The notes under the pieces: generated by a model
Databases searched by the model: none
What the model saw: only the letters and a program-made list of their open reading frames with translations
Told to the model about the DNA's origin: nothing
Shown here: positions 8,780 to 18,152 of the stretch, piece by piece
How positions within the stretch are numbered: the stretch's first letter is position 1
Layout of the letters: every line of letters starts with the position of its first letter
NCBI GenBank assembly: GCA_037444665.1
Contig: JBBILZ010000017.1
Span: 1-43,530 of the forward strand
Direction: 5' to 3'
DNA: 43,530 nt
Origin: a candidate division WOR-3 bacterium
GTDB taxonomy: Bacteria > Hydrothermota > Tepidihabitantia > SM23-42 > JAOAFX01
Made by a program: the position numbers and the translations under genes

Positions 8780-9348
8780 TTCGTGTAATACACAATCTGC
8801 ATAATCAAAGTACCAATAGTGAATAGCACTGACCATTCCTGTAATGCCGGCATAAATCTTCTTGGAATAATAACCACATCACCAGGCTTTAAATTTAATT
8901 CTTCAATCTTTTTACCTTGTTTCAGTATCTTTTCAAAATTCACGGTCCTTTCCTGACCCAGGTTTAAAATGCGGATCCTTCCCAAATTACCATTTGCAGT
9001 TGGACCTCCTGCCATTGCCAGAAGGTTGGCAAGATTTTCACTGCTCTTCAAATAATATTTTCCTGGAGACTTAACTTCTCCAAAAACACTGATTTGATAA
9101 TAAATATTCACGGTGAGGAATACATCACCATAATATTTGTGAAATTCATCAATCAACATCTTCTCTAATGAATCAGCAGGAATATTTTTGATATCAAGTT
9201 TACCCAGCAGTGGCATATTAAGACTCGTATCCGCATCTACAAGATATTTGCCACTGAGCGTAGGTTGGTGCCATATCTCAATTTCTATCGCATCATTAGG
9301 AGAAAGAAAGACATGAGGCGATACTGTAAGAAGTATTAACAGAAACAT
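8776..9348 (-). CDS. Polysaccharide export protein (Wza-like Poly_export + SLBB)
   Basis: LSPNDAIEIEIW, MPLLGKL, ISVFGEVKSPGKY, LAMAGG, LKPGDVVIIP; C-terminal hydrophobic helix. Confidence 0.88.
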   Translation of the reverse strand: MFLLILLTVSPHVFLSPNDAIEIEIWHQPTLSGKYLVDADTSLNMPLLGKLDIKNIPADSLEKMLIDEFHKYYGDVFLTVNIYYQISVFGEVKSPGKYYLKSSENLANLLAMAGGPTANGNLGRIRILNLGQERTVNFEKILKQGKKIEELNLKPGDVVIIPRRFMPALQEWSVLFTIGTLIMQIVYYTK

Positions 9349-9353
9349 AAATA

Positions 9354-9381
9354 ATTATATATAATTAACCACCATTGTCAA
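9354..9381 (-). promoter_or_regulatory. Sigma70 promoter TTGACA-N16-TATAAT, 5 nt before ATG (probably leaderless)
   Basis: Read directly from the sequence; no SD. Confidence 0.78.
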
Positions 9382-9384
9382 TAA

Positions 9385-10608
9385 TTAAAACAAACCAAGC
9401 TGGGAGTCTGATGCTGTGTCCTGGTCAAAAAGTTTTATTGTTCCAAATTCGCCGTCATAACCAGGATTAATATTTACATCACCACGACGTGCCCGTTCAA
9501 TCCCCTGTGCTATCTTTTCTTGAGTGCTATTTTTCAATTCAGTTATTGGCGTATTGAGCAGAATTTCAAATTCATTGCCAAATATTTTACAGAGCCTCTG
9601 ATATTCATTTTTAACACCAACTGTATCCCTGCCCACACCCATTGCCTCAGCGATGATCTCTTCAAGAGGAATAAGATTTTTATATGGTATACTATTTTCA
9701 GGAACATACCCTTCATCACGGTCAGCAAGGAGTTCAACCCTGTGTAAAACACCGACTGTAATACTACGGGAGCATACTGGACACAGGTTATTATTTAATT
9801 TTGCTTCTTTGGGAGATAATCTTACCTGGCAACGACGATGACCATCAAAATGGTATTTACCCTCTTCAGGATAGAATTCTATTGTGAATAAAAATCTACT
9901 CCGGTCTTTGTTTTTCAATACCTCTTTAAGGGCAGAATAGTTCAGCTCTTCACTAAAGACATTTGCTTCGCGTCCCAGGCGATTGGGAGAATGGGCATCA
10001 GAATTAGAAATAAGTGAAAATTTTTCCAGACTTGATAGCCGCCAGTTCATTGCCGGGTCTGAAGACAGACCAGTTTCCAGGGCAAATACCTTATTGGTTA
10101 ATTCTCCAAAACACTCTTCTATAGAATCAAAACCAGAATTTGAACCAAACAAGGAGAACCAGGGTGTCCAGATATGGGATGGAACAATAAATATCTCAGG
10201 TGAAATATCAAGCAGTGCCTTTAACATTTCATCGGTGCCCAAAGAGATGATGGGCCTACCATCAGCCTCAAGTTTTCCATATTTACCGAGATAGCTATTG
10301 ACCTTTTCTGCTGTTTGAAAATCAGGAGCAAAGATGATATTATGGATTCTGCGCAGTTTGCCATTTTTTGTATAAATATTATTCACTTCAACCGTAAGTA
10401 TAAATTTTACTCCGGCATATTCATAGACACCATCTTTAAATTGCAGATACTCTTTTAATTCATTGAGCCAACCCGGATGGGTGAAATCGCCTGTGCCGAC
10501 CATACCAATACCTTTTAACTTCGCATATTCAGCTATTCTTGGTATTGTCATATCCTGTGAGGTTGCCCGGGAAAATCTTGAATGGATATGTAAATCAGCA
10601 ATCATCAT
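9385..10608 (-). CDS. Endonuclease Q family protein (PHP domain + Zn finger)
   Basis: ADLHIHSRFSRATS, GTGDFTHP, HIWTPW, ETGLSSDP, SNSDAHS, GKYHFDGHRRC, CPVC, PGYDGEFG. Confidence 0.92.
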   Translation of the reverse strand: MMIADLHIHSRFSRATSQDMTIPRIAEYAKLKGIGMVGTGDFTHPGWLNELKEYLQFKDGVYEYAGVKFILTVEVNNIYTKNGKLRRIHNIIFAPDFQTAEKVNSYLGKYGKLEADGRPIISLGTDEMLKALLDISPEIFIVPSHIWTPWFSLFGSNSGFDSIEECFGELTNKVFALETGLSSDPAMNWRLSSLEKFSLISNSDAHSPNRLGREANVFSEELNYSALKEVLKNKDRSRFLFTIEFYPEEGKYHFDGHRRCQVRLSPKEAKLNNNLCPVCSRSITVGVLHRVELLADRDEGYVPENSIPYKNLIPLEEIIAEAMGVGRDTVGVKNEYQRLCKIFGNEFEILLNTPITELKNSTQEKIAQGIERARRGDVNINPGYDGEFGTIKLFDQDTASDSQLGLF

Positions 10609-11372
10609 AGTTTTTTTGCAACACCAAGCACCCTTGTATCAAATTCGCTGGCAGGGTTGAATGTCAGGTGCCGATAAAGATATAATCTGAACCCGGCAGA
10701 AGTAATTAAAGATTTAATCTCATCCAGTGCATAGGCTCGCTCCTGATGTAATTCTCTGACGGTTAAAACCTGATTATCTTCATAAATATTAATCGTCAGT
10801 TTCAATGTGGATATATTTGTTATAGAGTCAAAAGTATTATCCCATATTGAATGGATTTGCCCATCCCTTCTTTCAAAAACCTGGTTTCCCCATTCATCAC
10901 GTAGGGCATGGATTGTATTCATATCAAAGACAAAGATACCATTCTGGGAAAGTGTAGCATAAGCAGATTTAAAGCAGGCTAATAGTTCATCAGCACTCAA
11001 TAGATAATTCAAACTATCATAGAGACAGGTTATTACTGGAAGGGGTTCATTAAAAGAAAAATTTCTTATATCACCTTTAATCAAATTCACATTTCCATTC
11101 TCAATCAAAGACTGGGCAAATCTTTTCTTACATATCTCAAGCATCGGCTCTGACCTATCAAGTCCAATTACCCGATAACCTTTTTTTAGCCACAACTCAA
11201 GACAAACCCCGGTACCACATGCGATATCAAGAATAACCTTTTCCTGAATGTGATGCATTACAATGATACGTTCTATGTAATCTACCCAGGAGCGATAATT
11301 TACAAAAGACATTAATGTATCATAATATGGCGCAATCTTTGAAAAAGGTAGGTCAAAACCCTCTAATCTCAT
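10605..11372 (-). CDS. Class I SAM-dependent methyltransferase
   Basis: ILDIACGTG, GLDRSEPML, GDIR, CLYDSLNYL, GIFVFD. Confidence 0.9.
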   Translation of the reverse strand: MRLEGFDLPFSKIAPYYDTLMSFVNYRSWVDYIERIIVMHHIQEKVILDIACGTGVCLELWLKKGYRVIGLDRSEPMLEICKKRFAQSLIENGNVNLIKGDIRNFSFNEPLPVITCLYDSLNYLLSADELLACFKSAYATLSQNGIFVFDMNTIHALRDEWGNQVFERRDGQIHSIWDNTFDSITNISTLKLTINIYEDNQVLTVRELHQERAYALDEIKSLITSAGFRLYLYRHLTFNPASEFDTRVLGVAKKL

Positions 11373-12816
11373 AATTAGGTGCTTCTTTGGTGATGGTTAT
11401 ATCATGGGGATGGCTCTCTCTGAGTCCAGCCGGGCTTATCCTGATGTATCTCGCCTTCTTTTGCAATGTTAAAATGTCTTTTGCACCACAATAACCCATC
11501 CCTGATTTTAAACCACCAATGAGCTGGAATATTACATCCTTTACAGACCCCCGATATGGAACCCTTCCTTCCACACCTTCAGGAACAAGTTTTTTTGCTG
11601 CTTCCTGGAAATAGCGATCTGCTGAACCGCGACGCATTGCAGACAGAGAACCCATTGCCCGATACTCCTTATATCTTCTGCCCTCAAGGAGAATGGTCTC
11701 ACCCGGGCTTTCTTCAGTTCCAGCAAAGAGATTGCCAATCATCACACATGATGCACCACAGGCAAGTGCCTTGACAATATCGCCAGAATATCTAATCCCA
11801 CCATCAGCAATAATGGGAATCTTATATTTCCGGGCAATACGGGAGCATTCAATAATAGCGCTAACCTGAGGCACACCAATGCCGGCAATCACTCTGGTTG
11901 TGCAGATTGAACCTGGGCCGATTCCTACTTTAATCGCATCCACATTAAGTTTTGCAAGATGCTGGGTAGCTTCAGGACTGCCCACATTACCTGCCACCAA
12001 TTCTATGTCCGCGAACTTTTTCTTAATCTCCTTTATCAATTTTATAACACTCAATGAATGGGCATGGGCAACATCCACCACAAGTGCGTCAACATCAGCT
12101 TCAATCAAGGCAGACACACGGTCAATAGTTTTTTTATCAACACCTACTGCTGCCGCACACCGCAATCTACCGGTTCTATCAAATATCGCATTGGGGTGCT
12201 CCATTTTCTTTATTATATCTTTTATGGTAATCAATCCTTTTAATCTACCATTGCGGTCAACAATGGGTAATTTTTCAATCTTGTATTTTTTAATAATCCG
12301 GCGTGCCTGTTCCAGTGTGGTTCCTTCAGGTGCAGTAATTAATTTTTCACTGGTCATTGTATCTTTCACTTTTTTATTGAGATTATCTTCAAAGATGATA
12401 TCACGATTTGTCAACATTCCCACCACGCGAAATTCTTTATTCACCACAACCACCCCGGAGATTCTATTCTTTTCCATCAGCTCCTTTGCCTGCCTGATTG
12501 TCATATCTTCGGTCACAGTAATGGGGTCAATAATCATCCCGCTCTCAGCCCGTTTAACCTTGCGCACCTCTTTTTGTTGTTCCTCAATGGTCAAATTTTT
12601 GTGGATGACTCCAATACCTCCTTCCTGGGCAAGTGCGATTGCAGTAGCAGATTCAGTTACTGTATCCATTGCCGCGCTTACCAATGGAATATTCAAGCTG
12701 ATATGCCGGGAAAATTTTGTCCGCACATCGCATTCTCTTGGCAGAACATTAGAAAATTGAGGAATTAACAAAATATCATCAAATGTCAGACCCTCTGGTA
12801 ATTTAAATTCTTTCAT
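11353..12816 (-). CDS. guaB: Inosine-5'-monophosphate dehydrogenase with CBS pair
   Basis: [28 protein letters not shown] (catalytic Cys), [21 protein letters not shown]. Confidence 0.98.
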   Translation of the reverse strand: MKEFKLPEGLTFDDILLIPQFSNVLPRECDVRTKFSRHISLNIPLVSAAMDTVTESATAIALAQEGGIGVIHKNLTIEEQQKEVRKVKRAESGMIIDPITVTEDMTIRQAKELMEKNRISGVVVVNKEFRVVGMLTNRDIIFEDNLNKKVKDTMTSEKLITAPEGTTLEQARRIIKKYKIEKLPIVDRNGRLKGLITIKDIIKKMEHPNAIFDRTGRLRCAAAVGVDKKTIDRVSALIEADVDALVVDVAHAHSLSVIKLIKEIKKKFADIELVAGNVGSPEATQHLAKLNVDAIKVGIGPGSICTTRVIAGIGVPQVSAIIECSRIARKYKIPIIADGGIRYSGDIVKALACGASCVMIGNLFAGTEESPGETILLEGRRYKEYRAMGSLSAMRRGSADRYFQEAAKKLVPEGVEGRVPYRGSVKDVIFQLIGGLKSGMGYCGAKDILTLQKKARYIRISPAGLRESHPHDITITKEAPNYEIRGF

Positions 12817-12821
12817 TAAAT

Positions 12822-12849
12822 ATTATACCAAAATTGCATCTTTTGTCAA
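12822..12849 (-). promoter_or_regulatory. Sigma70 promoter TTGACA-N16-TATAAT, 5 nt before the guaB ATG (probably leaderless)
   Basis: Read directly from the sequence; no SD. Confidence 0.8.
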
Positions 12850-12907
12850 CAGGACATTTAGAAACGGCGGGATTTTTATTGATGTAATAGTTTAGCCATT
12901 CTAAAAC

Positions 12908-13018
12908 TGTAGTTGCTTGATTTATCAAGCATTGCAATAACGGAGTTATTGCATCAAAAAGAGCCCAATGCTCCGTCCCGATGGGACGAGAGTCCCTTCG
13001 GGAAATTGGGCAACTACA
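12908..13018. repeat. REPIN-like element: two inverted GTAG-type REPs with internal hairpins
   Basis: TGTAGTTGCTTGATTTATCAAGCA (12908-12931) ... GCCCAAT[33 nt]AAATTGGGCAACTACA (12963-13018). The termini TGTAGTTGC/GCAACTACA are a perfect IR. Confidence 0.75.
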
Positions 13019-13056
13019 TTGGTTGAATGACTTTTTTATAATAGATTACCTATTAC

Positions 13057-14157
13057 TTATTGATAGTAGAAACAGCAGGCACGGCATACTGAAAAGAATT
13101 TTTTTGCCTTAATCAATTTGCGGAGCCCTGCCATTACCTGGTTATTCCAGATATCAAAAAAATTGTCTTTGTTGACATTGCCCAAAATATAGTCCGGGCA
13201 AGACTCAAGACAACCATCGGGAAGGATTGTTGCAGTATGCCACATTGCCCGACACCTACCTTTGTAAACCTGGATGAAGTCTTCAGGGCTATGGTAATAC
13301 AATTTGAACTGTTCAAAAGTAAATTTAGGAAACATTTCAATTATTATCTTATGTCGGGATAGTTCATCCAATATTTTTTTAATGTCATAAAAATCCCCGG
13401 GTAGTGGTTTAAAATGGCACGCCTGACACCAGTAATTAATATCTCTTTTTAATACATTGTTTAGAAATTTTCTATGATGGGCAACTTCATTTTCTGTAAG
13501 ATAAAAAGGATAGATAAATTGGACCACTGAAACCCCATATTCCTTGGCAAGGGCAATAACCTCTCTCATCGTCTCGGGATTATTAAAATTTATAATTGAA
13601 TTTATTTTTAATACTGGCACACGCCCTTTTCTGAACCTATGCAGATTTTCTAAGCCCTTCAAAATACTGGCAAATGTTCCTTTGACACCTCGGATACTAT
13701 CATGTATCTCTTCTGGACCATCAATGGAAATATCAATGCGATTCACCTTATATCTGACCAATGCTTCGGCATATTCACTCAGGAGTGTCCCATTTGTAGT
13801 GATATTGAGAAAAATGTTATTATATTTGACATATTCAATAATTTTCAAAATGTCTTTAAAAACAAAGGGCTCACCTCCGGAGATGTGGATGCGGGGATGA
13901 ATTTTTTTTATATAATCTATTATGCGGAGCCAGTCATTGATATTCAATTCATTCTTTACCCGTGCAAACTTTTCAAAGCACATCTCGCACTTTAAATTAC
14001 AGCGATATGTTGGATAAATGTTTATGGTCTCTGGCGGCATAGCGTGTATTTTCAAAAAATGGTAGCCAATAACTGTTTCTAATTTGTGTAAAAGAATCCA
14101 CCCAATATTCTGCGGATTAAAGAATGCGGTCTGAATCTTTTGAGCCAGTGTTGCCAT
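13057..14157 (-). CDS. Radical SAM / SPASM(twitch) domain protein
   Basis: TYRCNLKCEMC, ISGGEP, TTNGTL, ISIDGPEEIHDSIRG; C-terminal C...SCPD..LGN...CRACC. Confidence 0.92.
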   Translation of the reverse strand: MATLAQKIQTAFFNPQNIGWILLHKLETVIGYHFLKIHAMPPETINIYPTYRCNLKCEMCFEKFARVKNELNINDWLRIIDYIKKIHPRIHISGGEPFVFKDILKIIEYVKYNNIFLNITTNGTLLSEYAEALVRYKVNRIDISIDGPEEIHDSIRGVKGTFASILKGLENLHRFRKGRVPVLKINSIINFNNPETMREVIALAKEYGVSVVQFIYPFYLTENEVAHHRKFLNNVLKRDINYWCQACHFKPLPGDFYDIKKILDELSRHKIIIEMFPKFTFEQFKLYYHSPEDFIQVYKGRCRAMWHTATILPDGCLESCPDYILGNVNKDNFFDIWNNQVMAGLRKLIKAKKFFSVCRACCFYYQ

Positions 14158-14158
14158 T

Positions 14159-15175
14159 TTAAAACCGCCCCAATGTCCACATCGCCGTATCCCTTAATAG
14201 CTGATTATCCCCTTTTGCATATTTTTCAATGATTGGTATTGTCCTCTTATCCTGGAAATGTGCTAAGGCAAGCAGGGCATTCCTTTTTATCGCATCAAAG
14301 TGAACCCATCTGGCACTAATCTGATTGTCTGAATATTTTTTTCTGTAAGTATCTTCATCCATCTGTAGCATATCAAGCAAAGGAAGATAAGCGCCAACAA
14401 CTCCGATATCGGTTTTCGGATTTTCGGGTTTAATTTTTTTGTTTACCGGACACACATCCTGGCAGGTTGTGCAACCATAAATACGATTTTGCCATACCTG
14501 TGCTATGTTATCGGGTATTAAACCACACCAGTTAGTCAAACTCTGAATGCACCTTTTTCTGTCAATGATATATGGTGCGGTTATTGCACCGGTTGGGCAG
14601 TTATCCATACAAATACTACAATCTCCACAATTTAATTTTAGCGGTTCATCAGGCTCTATCCCTAAATCCGTATAGATTTCACCGAGCACAATCCACGAGC
14701 CATAATCAGGATTTATAATAATACTATGCTTCCCATAATAACCAGTTCCACTGCGCCGGGCAATCGGTTTCTCTGCTACCGGGCCACACGAATGTGCAAC
14801 AAATTTTGCCCGATATTCTTTTTTTAAAAAACCAGCAAGTTTTTTTAACCGTTTTTTGAGTTCTTTGTAGTAATTACGCTGTGTGTATTGAGCAACATAT
14901 CCGTACGGTTTGCCGGGCTGCGATGGGTCTGGTTCTTCTAAGGTTAAATAAAATAGAAATGAACTTATAATACTCTTTACCCCTGACATTATTGAACCTG
15001 GATTACAAAAATCTTTTATCTCATCATCGGACCAGGAATTATTATTAAGAAAGAATCTTTTTTCTCTTTGTTCTCTAATATGTCCAACCAATTCAGAAAA
15101 TGGTTCTGCTGAACAAACTCTGACATCAAGACCAAGTCCACGGGCTTTCTCTTTGATGGACAGGGATTTAATCAT
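14159..15175 (-). CDS. queG: tRNA epoxyqueuosine(34) reductase QueG
   Basis: VAEKPIARRSGTGYYGKH, YGSWIVLGE, CGDCSICMDNCPTGA, IYGCTTCQDVCPVN, C-terminal HEAT-like repeat. Confidence 0.92.
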   Translation of the reverse strand: MIKSLSIKEKARGLGLDVRVCSAEPFSELVGHIREQREKRFFLNNNSWSDDEIKDFCNPGSIMSGVKSIISSFLFYLTLEEPDPSQPGKPYGYVAQYTQRNYYKELKKRLKKLAGFLKKEYRAKFVAHSCGPVAEKPIARRSGTGYYGKHSIIINPDYGSWIVLGEIYTDLGIEPDEPLKLNCGDCSICMDNCPTGAITAPYIIDRKRCIQSLTNWCGLIPDNIAQVWQNRIYGCTTCQDVCPVNKKIKPENPKTDIGVVGAYLPLLDMLQMDEDTYRKKYSDNQISARWVHFDAIKRNALLALAHFQDKRTIPIIEKYAKGDNQLLRDTAMWTLGRF

Positions 15176-15240
15176 TGGCTAAAAAATAGCTCAATCTAAT
15201 TATCAACAAATAGATCAAAAAACAGGTATCCGGATATCAG

Positions 15241-15468
15241 TTATTTAACAAGAATACCCAGAGGAAAGAAAACAAGATAACCCAGCACTAATAAGATTGG
15301 CGCCAGCACAATATCTCCATTTCTTAAGAGGATAAATCCAATAATTAGAGAAATAAGTCCGGCACCAAAGAACAGATAGTTTTTCTGGGTAAATTTAATA
15401 TCAATAAGTGCCTCGGGTCTTTTTTCTTTCTTTTCTCTTTCTTTCTCCTTCTTCTCTTTTTTTGCCAT
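15241..15468 (-). CDS. DUF3098-like small membrane protein
   Basis: FTQKNYLFFGAG..GFILL...LAPILLVLGY, two TM; GGAGG SD. Confidence 0.8.
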   Translation of the reverse strand: MAKKEKKEKEREKKEKRPEALIDIKFTQKNYLFFGAGLISLIIGFILLRNGDIVLAPILLVLGYLVFFPLGILVK

Positions 15469-15479
15469 GCATACCTCCG

Positions 15480-17141
15480 TTATTCCACTTTTAATTCAGT
15501 CAATTTCACAAATTCTCCATTCCTTATTGTCAAGATATTAAAATTTCTTTCTCTCATCAAAACTTCACCCAATTTAGTTCCTAAATTTACCCGTTCATAA
15601 TCAGATAATTGCCTCAATGCCCAGAGGGTCTGAAAAAATTTTATTGATAGAGGGTCGCTCGTATCAAAATTATGTTTTTTCAGTTCCTTGAGCGCTGAAG
15701 AATCTACAAAAGCAGGTGTTGCGAATATTGCTGATTCTACATATTTTTCTCCTAATCTAATAATTCTTTCACTGTCAAACGCTTCAGTCCCTAAAATCTT
15801 TACATCCTCAAGCCCATAATAAAAAATCTGTGGAGCAGTATTAATAACCATATCACCATCCATTGAAAGAAAAATTGCCTCTGGCTTCTTCTTTTTTATC
15901 CGTTCCAGTTCGTATTTTAAAGTCACAGAATCAGGGTTGAATGATTCTACTGCCACGACCTCACCATCATTTTTCTTGACTTCTCCCATAAAGATACCGG
16001 CGAGTGTGCTGTAGCGACCAATTTCAGGAAACAATACTGCAAATCTTGCAAGACCGAGTTGCCTTGTGCTATATCGTGCAATTGCCCTTGCCTGTTGCTC
16101 TAAGGTCTGGCCCGGTGTGAAGATTAAAGACAGACTATTCAATTTTAATTCAATATTGGTAGGGATAACGAGCGGAATACTGCGGGCACTCGCATATCCA
16201 GCAACACCCAGTGCCTCAATAGAAAATATTGGTCCAATAATAAAATCAACCTTTTTTTCATCAATTAAATCCTTTGCGGCAAAGATTGCATCCACCGGGT
16301 CAGATTTTGTATCAACCACTGCAGTAAAGAATGGCAGATATTGCTGTTGATTAAAAAATTTCAAAATCTCCTGTAATTTTTCGCCGTAGCGGGCAAACTT
16401 TCCAGTAAGGGGTAAAAGAACTCCTGCCCGGCGTGTTGCTGAACCAAGTTCAGTGAATCTTTTGAAATCAGTAAACTCCTCTGCATAGATGGTCTCAGGA
16501 TATCTACGGGTCAGAAGTTTATAATCCCTTTCTGCATTCTTCTCCTGGCCTGCCTTGATCTCTGCCTTTATTAAATAATAGAGGATATGTTCATCAATTG
16601 GTTCGCCCAAAAAATTACGATGGAGTTTTTCAAGATTGTCCAGGGACATCTCAGATAATAATTGCATTGTTTTTTTATACGCGGACTCATTTTCCAGTAT
16701 ATCTGTTGATTGTTTAGAAAATTTTATCAAATAGTATGCTGCCTTATAATCATTTACCAATTTCAAATTTGCTTCACCAAGCATGCCTAAAACTTTTACA
16801 AGATAATTTGAATAAGGAAATTCTTTTAAAAATTTCTCTCCATAGAACACGGTCCGCTCAAAACTATTCAATCTAAAATAACTGAATGTTAAGAGATATA
16901 ATGCTGGTTCATACGCCTCAGTTTTCGGATAATCGCGCACAATCTTTTCAAACTCAATAATTGCCTGCTCATACTCTTTTTTCTTAAAATGATTGTTTCC
17001 CTGTTCAAAGAGTTCTGCTGAGCGCTCATCAACATTCATAAACCTTGTTTTAAATAGAGTGCAATCCATAGAGATAATTACAATAAATAACAAGATAATT
17101 TTCACAAATTTTTTGGATATTGACGCGATTATTATTCTCAT
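15480..17141 (-). CDS. BamD-like TPR + periplasmic binding-fold protein (LpoA/LppC-like)
   Basis: N-terminal hydrophobic segment and Cys; TPR/YfiO repeats (FEKIVRDYPKT); AGVLLPLTGKFARYG, DTKSDP, IIGPIFS (type I PBP fold). Start at 17141 or 17162. Confidence 0.8.
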   Translation of the reverse strand: MRIIIASISKKFVKIILLFIVIISMDCTLFKTRFMNVDERSAELFEQGNNHFKKKEYEQAIIEFEKIVRDYPKTEAYEPALYLLTFSYFRLNSFERTVFYGEKFLKEFPYSNYLVKVLGMLGEANLKLVNDYKAAYYLIKFSKQSTDILENESAYKKTMQLLSEMSLDNLEKLHRNFLGEPIDEHILYYLIKAEIKAGQEKNAERDYKLLTRRYPETIYAEEFTDFKRFTELGSATRRAGVLLPLTGKFARYGEKLQEILKFFNQQQYLPFFTAVVDTKSDPVDAIFAAKDLIDEKKVDFIIGPIFSIEALGVAGYASARSIPLVIPTNIELKLNSLSLIFTPGQTLEQQARAIARYSTRQLGLARFAVLFPEIGRYSTLAGIFMGEVKKNDGEVVAVESFNPDSVTLKYELERIKKKKPEAIFLSMDGDMVINTAPQIFYYGLEDVKILGTEAFDSERIIRLGEKYVESAIFATPAFVDSSALKELKKHNFDTSDPLSIKFFQTLWALRQLSDYERVNLGTKLGEVLMRERNFNILTIRNGEFVKLTELKVE

Positions 17142-17151
17142 GTGCGATATA

Positions 17152-17179
17152 ATATTAGTCAAAAAGAATGGTTTGTCAA
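17152..17179 (-). promoter_or_regulatory. Probable sigma70 promoter TTGACA-N16-TAATAT
   Basis: 10 nt upstream of ATG 17141. Confidence 0.5.
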
Positions 17180-17194
17180 TGTTAAAAAAATAAA

Positions 17195-17277
17195 TGGGCA
17201 GGGAAGGATTCGAACCTCCGAAGACTTTCGTCAGCAGATTTACAGTCTGCCCCCGTTGGCCGCTTGGGTACCTGCCC
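17195..17277 (-). tRNA. tRNA-Tyr(GTA)
   Basis: GGGCAGG acceptor stem, GCAGA-CTGTAAA-TCTGC anticodon arm, long variable arm, GGTTCGAATCC; CCA not encoded. Confidence 0.97.
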
Positions 17278-17340
17278 GGAGAAACTCAGCCGGCGGCAAG
17301 CTCAGAACTGGCAACTTGTGGTTTATCCGGCACAATATAT

Positions 17341-17412
17341 AGCCGACAGAGGGATTTGAACCCCCGACCTATGGTTTACAAAACCATTGCTCTACCCCTG
17401 AGCTATGTCGGC
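17341..17412 (-). tRNA. tRNA-Thr(TGT)
   Basis: GCCGACA acceptor stem, ATGGT-TTTGTAA-ACCAT anticodon arm, GGTTCAAATCC; CCA not encoded. Confidence 0.97.
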
Positions 17413-17492
17413 ATCCGCACCATTGTCCGGCACTGCTCAACCACTAAAATAGACCGGCAAAAAAACTTATTTTTCAAAACATTATCCATTTT

Positions 17493-17520
17493 ATAATATC
17501 CAATTTTTATCTGTTGTCAA
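17493..17520 (-). promoter_or_regulatory. Probable tRNA operon promoter TTGACA-N16-TATTAT
   Basis: About 80 nt upstream of tRNA-Thr. Confidence 0.6.
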
Positions 17521-17601
17521 GGTATAGAACTGCTGAATCCTCTCCATTTTTCTGATTTATTGTCTGCTTTTATTGACGATGAAATCATCTGTTTCTGAAA
17601 C

Positions 17602-17625
17602 TGTAGTCGCCCCATTCATCGGGCA
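17602..17625 (+). repeat. Single GTAG-type REP copy
   Basis: TGTAGTCGCCCCATTCATCGGGCA has the same architecture as the REPs at 12908 and 13018. Confidence 0.65.
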
Positions 17626-17717
17626 CATACTACTTACTATCTATTCATCCCTTAATTACTTCCCTTAAAATATTGAACAGAGAGTAAAAGTAGAGACAAG
17701 CCAGATGGTGCTGACCA

Positions 17718-17745
17718 TTGATTTAACATAAAATTTAGGTATAAT
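17718..17745 (+). promoter_or_regulatory. Sigma70 promoter TTGATT-N16-TATAAT, 5 nt before the NUDIX ATG (probably leaderless)
   Basis: Read directly from the sequence; no SD. Confidence 0.72.
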
Positions 17746-17750
17746 TTTCT

Positions 17751-18152
17751 ATGTCCACATCCAATCCAGTACCAACCGTAGATATCATTATTGAAATGGA
17801 TGATGGTGTCATTCTGATTAAAAGAAAGAATCCGCCTTATGGCTGGGCATTACCCGGTGGTTTTATTGATTATGGCGAATCTGCTGAATCTGCGGCAGTT
17901 CGGGAGGCTAAAGAAGAAACCAATCTTGATATCACACAACTTAAACAATTCCATGTCTATTCAGACCCTGAGCGCGACCCCAGATTTCATACCATCACCG
18001 TAGTATTCATTGCCCGTGCAAAAGGAAGACCTAAAGCAAAAGATGATGCAATAGAGATTGGCATCTATAACAAAAAAAACCTTCCTGAAGATATTGCCTT
18101 TGACCATAAAAAAATTCTTAATGATTATTTTGAAAAAAGGTATCCATGCTGA
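17751..18152 (+). CDS. NUDIX hydrolase (ADP-ribose pyrophosphatase YjhB-like)
   Basis: Nudix box [33 protein letters not shown]. Confidence 0.93.
   Translation: MSTSNPVPTVDIIIEMDDGVILIKRKNPPYGWALPGGFIDYGESAESAAVREAKEETNLDITQLKQFHVYSDPERDPRFHTITVVFIARAKGRPKAKDDAIEIGIYNKKNLPEDIAFDHKKILNDYFEKRYPC

Noticed and set aside
11879..12760. 293-aa plus-strand ORF
   Set aside because: Antisense shadow of guaB with no recognisable motifs.
12908..13018. Possible CRISPR array or riboswitch upstream of guaB
   Set aside because: No repeat-spacer periodicity. The element lies upstream of the guaB promoter, which appears leaderless, so it cannot be a guaB leader; it fits REP architecture.
17326..17433. TCCGGCAC repeated 100 bp apart around tRNA-Thr
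   Set aside because: Only 8 bp and two copies; cannot be distinguished from chance.
17142..17496. ORFs of 66 and 100 aa over the tRNA region
   Set aside because: They are translations of the antisense strand of tRNA-Tyr and tRNA-Thr.
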